Part shown: piece by piece, positions 27,330 to 36,887 of the stretch
How positions within the stretch are numbered: position 1 is the stretch's first letter
Layout: every line of letters begins with the position of its first letter
NCBI GenBank assembly: GCA_023920165.1
Contig: CP089276.1
Coordinates: 186,001-250,000 of the forward strand
DNA from: Curvularia clavata
Taxonomy: Eukaryota
Direction of reading: 5' to 3'
DNA: 64,000 bases
Made by a program: the position numbers and the translations under genes
Notes under the pieces: generated by a model
What the model was told of the DNA's origin: nothing
The model's input: the letters and a program-made list of their open reading frames with translations, nothing else
Database searches by the model: none

Positions 27330-27545
27330 CCTATAAGAACCACTACTTTTGAAAGTAGATGTAGTTGTATAGTTACCTGCTGTTTACTATACTCGTAGCA
27401 GTTGCCACTTTTGAAAGTTACTAGAGTTATCGTAATTGCTTTTGATTGTATCGACAGCGTGGGTGACCTTGTTTTGATTTTCTAGTTCTAGTACAATATA
27501 GCAATTCTTAGTTAACGAAGCCAGTAGTTTTCTCGCAATATGTTA
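27330..27545 (+). repeat. Degenerate tandem array upstream of the intact DUF3669 gene (2 clear units, possibly 2 more decayed)
   Basis: Cores CTACTTTTGAAAGTAG (27343-27358) and CCACTTTTGAAAGTTA (27405-27420), 62 bp apart. The reverse complement aligns by eye to the array at 33500-33810. Confidence 0.75.
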
Positions 27546-27850
27546 TTCTCTGCCCTTTGGCCGCCCAATAGCCTTTCACCCATTCAGGATTTATTGTTGA
27601 CATGCGCAAATGTGATTCTATCAGTGTAAAGTGCCAGGCATTTCTGAACACGATTATCTCTCAACCTGGTGTGGTGCGCGCTCGCTACCATTGTTAAGAA
27701 TGAGTCAATTCGTCGCTTAGTATACAAAGGTTCAAAGCTAGGCAACCCAGTGAATACTTCTACTTACTATATTGAAACGCAGAGAAACACTTTTTACGCA
27801 ACCCTTACTACTAACAACACGCAATCATCACCCTCAATCCCGCATCAGCC

Positions 27851-28804
27851 ATGTCTTCTGCAGCCACAAAGTTCCGCTGCATCGGCAGAGGTTTCTGCGG
27901 CAGCGTTTGGGCTCTCGAAACCAGTGGCAGTGCTATCAAACGTGAAGATGGTGGGCCTGGCCGTTCGCTTACCAACGACTACAACATGCATCTAAAAGTT
28001 CAGTGCGGAGCCCTCACATATCAGCAGCCATCGACTCCATTTTCAGTTCCCCAGTGTCACCAGCTAATCGAAGCAGCGGACCCTTGGTGGGAGACGCGTT
28101 TACCCCAATTCCCTGCTGGCTACTCTGCGTGCAGGGCTTTAGTCTCAGAGCGCATCCCCAAGGTTCCCAGAGCGATCAGTGACAAAATCGTGGATCTCTT
28201 TTGTGAGGGCAATACCAGGCTGTGTGATTTCGTGAAGAACAACCCGGACGACTCCTCCTGTCTAATTCGGCCATACCTGGGACGCCGCCGCCGGCACAAG
28301 CAGGGCGCCAGCAACTCGCGCTTCCAGCGCTTCAGTCTCCGCAATGTACCCCTCCATGTGGATCAGATGGAGGCACTCGGTCTCGATACCAAAGCTTACG
28401 CAGAGACCATGGCTGATGCTCTAGCGCTTATGTATTGGGTAGCCAAGATCGACGCAAACGACGTTGAGTTCGTGCTCGCACCTCCTCGGGAAGAGCAATC
28501 TTCTGAAAAGCCTGTTTTCCAGTCAAACTATCTTGGGAGACATAGCATGTGGATTCTTGACTTTGATTGCTGTCGTACAATGTCAACGGACGAAGCAGGA
28601 GTTGAGCAAGCTTGCGGAGCTTTCTTTAGAAACGACCCTTTTTATCCCAGACCTGGGAGTAAAGAAGAGGCTGACCAACAGCTCTGGAAAGTCTTTAAAG
28701 AGAGATTTATTCAGGCTAGTCGTGGGATGTTGAAAATCGAGAGCGAAGATAAGAGCTTTCTCGCAGACATACTGATAAGCAAGATTGAGGAGTGGAAGGC
28801 GTAA
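27851..28804 (+). CDS. DUF3669 family protein with protein-kinase-like motifs (intact, intronless)
   Basis: 317 aa. IGRGFCGSVW (Gly loop), AIKR, SERIP, LIRPYLGRRR, FSLRNVPLHVDQM, MADALALMYWVAKIDANDVEFVL, WILDFDCC, FFRNDPFYPRP, LWKVFKERF. Confidence 0.85.
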   Translation: MSSAATKFRCIGRGFCGSVWALETSGSAIKREDGGPGRSLTNDYNMHLKVQCGALTYQQPSTPFSVPQCHQLIEAADPWWETRLPQFPAGYSACRALVSERIPKVPRAISDKIVDLFCEGNTRLCDFVKNNPDDSSCLIRPYLGRRRRHKQGASNSRFQRFSLRNVPLHVDQMEALGLDTKAYAETMADALALMYWVAKIDANDVEFVLAPPREEQSSEKPVFQSNYLGRHSMWILDFDCCRTMSTDEAGVEQACGAFFRNDPFYPRPGSKEEADQQLWKVFKERFIQASRGMLKIESEDKSFLADILISKIEEWKA

Positions 28805-28927
28805 AAAACAGAAGGGAAAAGGTAACAGACTTGGTATGATAGTAGAAAAAGTCTTGTAATTGCGGTAGAATTCAGAAATCCATTGCATCGCCTTATCATG
28901 CGTATAGAGATACCACTGTCTCTCTAG

Positions 28928-28996
28928 CTAGGAAGGTGGTGCGGAGTCTCGGGTCTGTTCTTAGAGACTAAGCGGCAGATCCGATTTCCTTCCCGC
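28928..28996 (+). repeat. Dispersed repeat copy 1: 36-bp block A (28928-28963) plus 25-bp block B (28972-28996)
   Basis: A matches 34008-34043 as a direct repeat (30/36). B matches 34050-34074 as an inverted repeat (22/25). Confidence 0.85.
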
Positions 28997-31942
28997 CCCT
29001 GAACCACTATCTCAGCATTGGCATTGGACTTACGTGAATATTGACACTCACTAAAGCACCAGTTATTTCTTTGTTCCCTTTTCATTGAATCTCCTGCCTA
29101 CAAGTTCTATCCACTATCTCACTCAGACCGCATGTAGCATATCATCTGCCAACACAAGAAGCAGTTCCTTCACCTTAACAACCTGCGACAGCAACTCGCG
29201 GTGGTACTGGTAGTAGTCATGGACAGTATAAACAGACAAACCAATTCCAGCATCGTCATTATGCATCTTGTTGAGTCCCAAATTCGCGTCACCCAGCTCT
29301 CGTTGGACACTCAGTACACATACTCTACATAGCCGCGGATGATTTTGAGCAAACACACAATCCACACACTCACTTCGGCCCGAAACATGGACTCCCGCAA
29401 CGTATACCGTATGAGATAGATAATTGCAGATATAGTGAAGCCAATTTTCTAGATTAATACCAAGAGTGGTACTCTGGCTTGGCAATGTTGTGTGTATGCT
29501 TGTCTGCGGGCCGACGGACGGGTGGTGGAGTGGGGTGCGTCTGCATACAGGCTACATACGTAAGGTAATATGTGGGGAGCGAGTAGACACAAACAAGCAG
29601 AGAGGTTGTGGCCCCACGGTACAAGGGTGTGCGGTGGAGTTGAGTGGTATCATGAGGTTTGATCGGACCAGGTCCTATGTCGTGTGTCATTTGTTCAGGT
29701 AATGTATGTGTGTTAGAACCCAAGTTGACGGTAAGGCAAGGCTGCAGTAGGGATCTTCGCCCGCAGAGTACAGGTGTCTGGTATTTTTCTCCAAGGGGTC
29801 TCGCAGGGGGGTTGAAGACAACGCTGGTAGTGCGTTTCTTGGGTCCTCACGTGAAATGCAGAGGACCATGGTGTTGCATGAGTTGGGGCTGTGCCGACGG
29901 CATGCCGATAGTGTAGAAATAAAAGGCCGAAAAGGCTCTAGCGAGTAGCTTTGCTGATCCCTCGACGATCAGCCTCGACGGTCTATGTTTCGTCATCGCA
30001 TCGGCTTGGTTTAGTTTGCGCGATCGCGATCGCGACACACGCGTGTGGGAGATGCCGTAAGAAGGGAAAGAGGGTCTGGCGTGGGCAAAGTCAGATTTGG
30101 ATAGGCACTTGTCTTTGGCTGACCCTTTTCTGTAGTAGTATGTACGGAGACTTTTTTTCTGGTTTGTGCAAGTTGTAGGCCAATCGCAGGTGAAGATGGT
30201 GAAATGACAGCCTATAGCTGCAGAATGTGCATTGCCTCCCGTTACCGATCGATGTGTACAGCAACGTACATCCACAGCCGTAAGACATGATGTTTCAATC
30301 TCCCACCTGAATTAACAGGGGTAAAATGCTATCAATATAGTGGCGACGGACATTGTAGAAACGTGTAGTGCTTACACAGTTTGACCCATGCTGATGGCCC
30401 TAGGGCGTTATATCCGCTGCCCATCATTTTGACCCTTTTGAGCCCATATCTCCGAACAACGCCTTCCCCCCTGGTCCATCATCGTTCTCCCCAACCCACC
30501 ATGCCCCATAACACGGTAACATTAGATGTACCTCCTAAACAGTGACATGAGATGACGGAGCAAAGCTAGTTCAATAATACCAATGCTACTAACTTGCACT
30601 GCCCCTTGTTCCCCCACCGATCAACGCCAGTGCGCGGCGACGGAGATTACTAAACGCTAAACATATGTACATACCCCAACTGACTAAGGGGCCAGGAGGG
30701 GAACAGAGGGCGGAGAAAAGAGGAGAGACAGGGCAAAGGACACTTTGACATGGCACGGACGACAAACTATCGCCGCTACCCACCCCCCCCCTTGACGCAG
30801 CGCACGCACCGTGTAGCAATTGACACAGCTACGATTCCAAAGCCTACAATTTGTCACTTTTGTCTTTCCAATACCCGGCCACCAGCGATGAAAAACGCAC
30901 TGATCAGCGGCATGCTGCTTTTAACAAACTCACTGCCCCCCCAGGCCAGCCTAGCCAGCATGCATGCTGCATGCGCACGCGGGGCGGGCACGGAGACTTG
31001 GTCGAGCGCTCTCCGATGGCGTCCGCTGACATTTGCCCTTGTCTATCTTGTCCCAATGTGGAAAGAGACGATCCTCTGGCTTGTCTTCTGCGCCCTATCT
31101 ATGCAGCCTTCCCCCCTCCCTCCTCCCCGCTTCCAGGCTTCGGTTATGTCGGATTGGTAGAGGATGGGGAGATGCGCTCGTGACGATGATGCTGATGATG
31201 ACAACCGTTTGCGTCAAGGGAATGGGTACAGGGGAGGTACTCGTATGTAGGCATTGGAGGATTGTACGCAGCCAAAGTCATTGTCCGAGAATACATGGCT
31301 TGCTACGTCGTTTCTTTTCTTCACCAATAGCGATTCGATTTTACTTTATCTGTGAAGTCCGCTGCATACCGCAATTGGTAAGCTAATTGGCTGCCAATAC
31401 ACCATGGAAGGCGTGAGAGAAAAAGTATGGTGTCTATAGCGTGGGCAAAGTAGCGCGCGTGCTCTGGTATTTCAAAGCCGTGCGGGGTCAAAGCTGTCAG
31501 AGTAGTCCACATCGCCCTCGAGAGTAAGCAACATTGGCCCCGGAGGCAGCCTTCGTGTGTCCGCACTTGAAGTATCCGCATACTGCGCCTTGAAGGCAAG
31601 TCTACGTCACATAAGCCCCATGCCTGCTAGTTCTTGGGATACCAAAATAGTCAGAATGTTTTCAATAATGCTGGGAATCTCTAGACAATCAATTTGTGAA
31701 TACCGGTAGAATCATAGTTTAGGTTTGAATAAACGCGTTCAAGTTGAATTTTCAAGCTCTGTTCATTGTTCTGGTGCATCTAGCCTAGAAAGATCTTGAT
31801 CTAAGAGTTACGTAGCTATTGCACAATGCTCATGGTCTATCCATGGGTATTGAAAATACAGTGACCCAATCTCCTACGCATCTAGCTATGAGAGTTTTAG
31901 ATATAAGAGTAAACTGCTATGCCATATCCGTGGCATTAAAGC

Positions 31943-33112
31943 TCATATCGAGAACACCGTCACCCCGTCTCCTAATGCCACAGATACCATGATGTCCCTC
32001 CAGTTACCACTCATAAACCCACCCCCTCCCCTTCCTCTTTTGCCAACCCCAATCCACGACTTCTTTTCAGAGGAGGAGCCCCCCTCGCGAGGAGAGCCCT
32101 GATTACCGTGGGGAGAGCCACGACCGCGAGCTGACGGTGAAGGAGGTGGGGCTGACGAGGCTTTGCTGCGGGCGTCCTTGACAGCCGCGACGATGCCATT
32201 CAGGAAGCTCGCTGCAAACTTCTCATGAGTGGGTCCCATGGAATCGATCGAGGAGTTGTAGTACCGGTCGCCAAACTCTTTCCAAAGAACGTTGTCGTCC
32301 GTGTCATCTGAAGGTCAAGGGTAGTAGGATGCTGTCTTCATGAATGCAACGACTGGCTTTTTGCACCATGTCTGGTCAAACTTGATCGTATACTGTTCAG
32401 CGCGCTGCCAATTACGAACTCGATGTCCTCACCGTCAATATGTGCTACACAGTGCAAGATTGCCATTGCATCTGCCATGGCAAGAAGGAACTCCCGTGGG
32501 TGTACCTTCGTTTGCCCAAACTTGTCAAGGTTCAAGGTGAAGTTACGAAGTGAGAAGAATCCCGACCAGGAAGTCTTCGTTGGTCCGGTATACTTTCGTT
32601 TCGGCCTTGTCTTGGGAATTACCTGGATAAAATTTGTCGACGAAGTCGCGAAGAGGCTGTGGAACTGGCAGAATACGCTCCATACACACCACTTCTCAGG
32701 CCTTTTTTGGGAACTCGGGAGTTGAAGGAAATTTTTCCGAGTTGCCGGCCTAAAACCTAGCTGTCTTGTCGTTCGCGCACCGGAAGATCTGAAGAATGTT
32801 CACGTCAAGCCCCCCAAGGATGTCCTCAGCCTTGTCGAACGCTTCATCAATTTTAACATACATGAGGGAGTTGTTCTAGAGTTTAGTGTGATCCTGTTCA
32901 TTATCGAGGAGAGGGGGCTTGTAGCTGCGGACGGTACCTAGGTGCTCAAAGACCTTGCCAATAGAGCCTGTTCCAATTTCTCGAAGAGCCTGCTCGCACT
33001 GAGCGAAAGCTGACTTCGTATAGATCGTTGAACGGATTGAAATCATCCTCTTAATGGCATCTTCTTCACTTCCGCCTTCTGCCTCTTTCGCCAATTTCTC
33101 CTCCAGCACCAT
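31943..33112 (-). pseudogene. DUF3669 family kinase-like pseudogene
   Basis: Fragments read EIGTGSIGKVFE...TKL*NN...ARF*AGNSEKFP...KA*EVVCMERILPVPQPLR, then after a frameshift FFSLRNFTLNLDK...MADAMAILHCVAHIDGEDIEFVIGSA, then after another frameshift FDQ...YYP*P...LWKEFGDRY. This is colinear with the 27851 protein, with at least 4 in-frame stops and 2 frameshifts. Confidence 0.88.
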
Positions 33113-33499
33113 GTTGTCAATGATGACAAGAGACAGTTATACCTCGCTATCATCCGGCCTTCATATCTTAGGCGCTACATGACTTCTTATCACGACAACC
33201 TACGACTTTCATTCTCAAAGGATTCATACTATACATTAAGATGGCTAAAACTTTACAAATTTAGCATCTGCCACACTGTCACTATCTAACATGATCGTCG
33301 CGCCATCAACATATGGTCCAACCCTTAAGCTCAGTCAAACGTATAGTTATATATGTTGACCTGGATGTGTATATTCAGTTCGAAGGACCAATTTCAGGCG
33401 CGCACTGAAGTGAACCACACTTTCACTGCGTAATGCGCGCTCTCCCACAATCAGTGAAATCTGAAAATCAAAGCCAGGCTATCAACACAGTGAATGCTG

Positions 33500-33810
33500 A
33501 ATACTCACGACGATTACCTACTCTGAAAAGTAAGGCTGTATTTGCTAAGCACACAGTAAACAATAGATAACTGTGAAAACTATAATAACTTTTGAAAGTA
33601 GAATTGGAAGTACCAGTAGTATAACGATTGACAAGTAGCTGTGACAACTACAGCTGCTTTCAAAAGTGATGGGTTTTGTCAGTTGTAGGCCTTAAAAGAC
33701 GACCGTGACAATGACTGCTATTTGCAAGAGTAGATTCGTGAGTGCTAAGAACATGGTAAACAACAAGTAACCGTGACAACTAACGCTACATTTGAACTAG
33801 TAGTGTTTAG
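33500..33810 (-). repeat. Degenerate tandem array of five ~64-68 bp units upstream of the DUF3669 pseudogene
   Basis: Cores start at 33518, 33586, 33654, 33718 and 33786 (spacing 68, 68, 64, 68). Conserved block on + is approximately GTAACYGTGACAACTAYNN-CTACTTTYRAAAGTAG. Confidence 0.82.
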
Positions 33811-34007
33811 ATATTAATTCTAAAGTACTTTAGAAAATCGTTACCTCGCGTCGTACATACCGAGATACCACCGTCTCTAACCCAAGTTGGATTTCCACTG
33901 TGAATCGAGCATTAGACCTTGTCTATTCGATGTTGATTTCCTTTAGTCACACATTCAGGCATGCTCGTGCTAAATTGTTCATGATTCACAATTTCGTGTT
34001 TTCTCAT

Positions 34008-34074
34008 CTAGGAAGGTAGTACAGGGTCTCGGGCCTGTCCTTATCGTGTGCGGGAAGGAAATCGAATCGGCAGC
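34008..34074 (+). repeat. Dispersed repeat copy 2: block A (direct) plus block B (inverted)
   Basis: ctaggaaggtagtacagggtctcgggcctgtcctta followed by gcgggaaggaaatcgaatcggcagc, which is the reverse complement of B. Confidence 0.85.
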
Positions 34075-35122
34075 CTCAAGTGTTAGTGCGATCGGGAAGC
34101 GGCACGGTCAAGATCGCAGGCTGATTTTTTCCCTTCTTTCTTCCCGTGTTTCTTCGTTAGAAACGGATAACCAGGACATGGGTGTGCTGCGTGCCGCAAG
34201 GCGTGGTGGGGGAAGCACCTCAACATTAGGTAGTGATGATGTAATACATTTTTGCGAGGGTGTGTCGAAAACACAAAAACGAATCCGCTGTTTGTCGCGT
34301 GACGGAAGGTTTGGATGACCGTTTCATCTGGCGTACATGTTCTAGAATCTTTCCGTTGAGTGCTAAGAATTAGACGACCACGTGTGTTTATGTAAGAATA
34401 GATGAACTTGTTGCATTAGCCAATGGACCGACAGACAATATATAACCCGAAACGCCTCCAAACGCCATCGCTTGAATACGCAGATAAGCTCATTACGCTT
34501 CCAAAAATTGTCTTGTCCTTCGCTAGTGCTTGAAGGGTGTCACATGTAAAGATACCAATGTGAGACATGATGGTGCAGGGACCAGCCAGACACCCGATCA
34601 GGAAGATGTATGTAATATGCAACATGTAAAAGAGTGCATATACCCGGTACGCGAGATGTCCCTCCCAGGTTTGGTACCCCCTCTTTGTGTTTATCGAGAT
34701 TGCCATGGTCCGAATCCACGTTGGCGGTACATTAATAGCAGCTCTGATAATGCATTTTGCAGGTGTGCCAGTGGTGGAATGTCATAGCACATGTGCACGT
34801 TTCGTTTCACTGCATTCAATTCCATCACGACCGAGCGCCAGCTTCCTAGACGGTTGAGATGCGGTTGGCGCACGTTAGATTGGGGTGTAGGTAGTGCATA
34901 AAGATGCCAATCAACAGGCCTTTTGTGCGAGCACAGTGGGTGGACGAGGCGGTTGTTGCAGTAGCAGCAGCAGCAACGGACGGCGCCAACAACGTCAAGT
35001 CACAGGTAAGCACTGTATGCAGTGTAAAAGCAGCGAGTGCGTAATCTGTAACAGTCGGCACGGGGGATCGGGTACGAGGCGTCCAGTGTGATGGTGGTGT
35101 GTATGAAATCAAGCCAACAGCG

Positions 35123-36229
35123 CTAAAGAAAGGTGTTGCCAGCTATTGGACTCGTCCATTTTCCTTTCTTTGCAGCGCGCATTTCGGCATACAGAGCTGG
35201 ATTAATACCTTTCTTCTTGCACCTCTTAATCTCTGCCTCAGACAAGGTGCTGATGTCAAAGTCACTTGCGCTCCATTTGCTGCTTCCGCTAGATTTTGAT
35301 CCGGGTCGATTCCGGTCAGCTTCTTCTAGTATCGAATGCAGCGAGCGATGCTCTTCGCTTGGCGATGAAGTTGATCCTGACAGAGTAAATGAACTCGAAG
35401 ACCGGCTAATCGACGTTGACTTTTCAATGACCAGGCGGGCAGGACTGGGAGGACTATCCTGCGTCTTGTCTGACAGCTTTCGAGGCATCATTTTCCGGAA
35501 CAATGACTGAGGTGTGTGGTGATCAAGACTTGCATATCCTAGAGGAGTTTCCACGGGCGTGATTGACTGTTGCGAACTGTCGGTCGACGAGTGTATCGAC
35601 GAGTGTATCGACGACGGCTTAGATGTGACACTGGGCGGCGGATTGGAATATGCATCGTCCTCTATGGTAAACCACTCCGAGGAAGGGGCCTCTGCTTCAG
35701 GTGGGTCATGGCCATATTCGCTTTCGTCGTCAGAAGTGGTTGTAGCCACGGAATGGATTGTTTCCAACGATGTTTTTTTACGTAGATGTGGAGGGAGTCT
35801 CTTGATGCTGCTGGCACCTCTCTTGTTGTTTCGATAAGAAACAAGTCCGCGTGGATGTCGGCGAGAAGCTGGCGGTTCGGCCTGGGGAGCTGGGCCAGAT
35901 GACGTCGTCGTATCCTTGGGTTCCGGCTCCTGGAGCGGGGGAGCATATCTGCGGGCAGGATTTCTGGCTGGCGGAGTGTCGACTGGATTTGTCTGCAAAG
36001 GACCAGGCCCCGACGACAGAGACTGGTGAAGCGCAGGTCCCTTGTGCTGGCTACTGCTGTTTGAAGCAGATGGATTTGGCGCTACTATTGGGGGTGGGGC
36101 ATGATGGTCTAGTTTCTCGCAGGCGTCGTCTAATCCAAGCGTATGGAGATCTCTGTGCTGCTTGCGGGCCTGGAGGGTAGCTCTGGGGGACCGGCGAATT
36201 GGGGGAGGCAAAGCGTCGTCAAAGTCCAT
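35123..36229 (-). CDS. Hypothetical Ser/Pro-rich protein with an ordered-looking C-terminus
   Basis: Long intronless ORF, probable start MDFDDALPPP (36229). C-terminal WSASDFDISTLSEAEIKRCKKKGINPALYAEMRAAKKGKWTSPIAGNTFL. Confidence 0.7.
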   Translation of the reverse strand: MDFDDALPPPIRRSPRATLQARKQHRDLHTLGLDDACEKLDHHAPPPIVAPNPSASNSSSQHKGPALHQSLSSGPGPLQTNPVDTPPARNPARRYAPPLQEPEPKDTTTSSGPAPQAEPPASRRHPRGLVSYRNNKRGASSIKRLPPHLRKKTSLETIHSVATTTSDDESEYGHDPPEAEAPSSEWFTIEDDAYSNPPPSVTSKPSSIHSSIHSSTDSSQQSITPVETPLGYASLDHHTPQSLFRKMMPRKLSDKTQDSPPSPARLVIEKSTSISRSSSSFTLSGSTSSPSEEHRSLHSILEEADRNRPGSKSSGSSKWSASDFDISTLSEAEIKRCKKKGINPALYAEMRAAKKGKWTSPIAGNTFL

Positions 36230-36887
36230 GTCAGCGCTTGGGCGGGCGAATGATGAATGATGCATTCTCAAGTGCGGAGCAAAAGAAAGCAGGACCAGAG
36301 GTGAAGACACGCCGACGGGCAGCTATTGTGTCGGCTCCGCTGAGACAGAGCAACCATGACGCAGCGGGGCCTGGCAGGCTCTCATGGCGTTGGCTAGTGG
36401 CAGGGAGAGACATGGCTGTACCTTGCATATGGTCCAGTGGTTGAGCATCGTGAGTGGATCGAACGCCTGGGAACTGGTCGATTACGCATGTGGCCAGGGC
36501 GTCGGCCGTTTGGGCCGCTGCAGGCCAACGGCGAGTACGGTCACGTGCCCTGGCCGTGCGAAGGCCATGTCGGCGGAGAGGGAGCGCGTATGTCGGGGCG
36601 TGTCGGGCGAAGCAGATTCGGGGCTAAAACGCGTTTCAAGTGCAGTGGAGGAGCGTGTCAGGCGGTTGCAAAGACATGTTTCATGGGCGGGCGGGCCCTG
36701 ACAGACGGGGAGAGGGCAGCCAACTACGGCCAAGGGCGCAAACGGGCTAGACTGCCTGGCCGCCGACATCACAACCACCTAACCCTCAGCACCTCACCTC
36801 GCCGTCGCTGTCTCCGCGAGCAGCATGTATACGCCCACCCGCCTCGCACCCACCCCTCCGCGCTGACCTGGTGCCCGCTCGCTCACC

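Noticed and set aside
29123..29485. 120-aa minus-strand ORF within the accessory island
   Set aside because: It has no ATG start in clear context and no recognisable domain, so it cannot be supported as a gene.
33500..33810. CRISPR array (repeat-plus-spacer periodicity of about 67 bp with a palindromic repeat)
   Set aside because: The context is eukaryotic with no cas genes, the repeats are strongly degenerate, and the linkers are related to each other. Kept as a tandem array instead.
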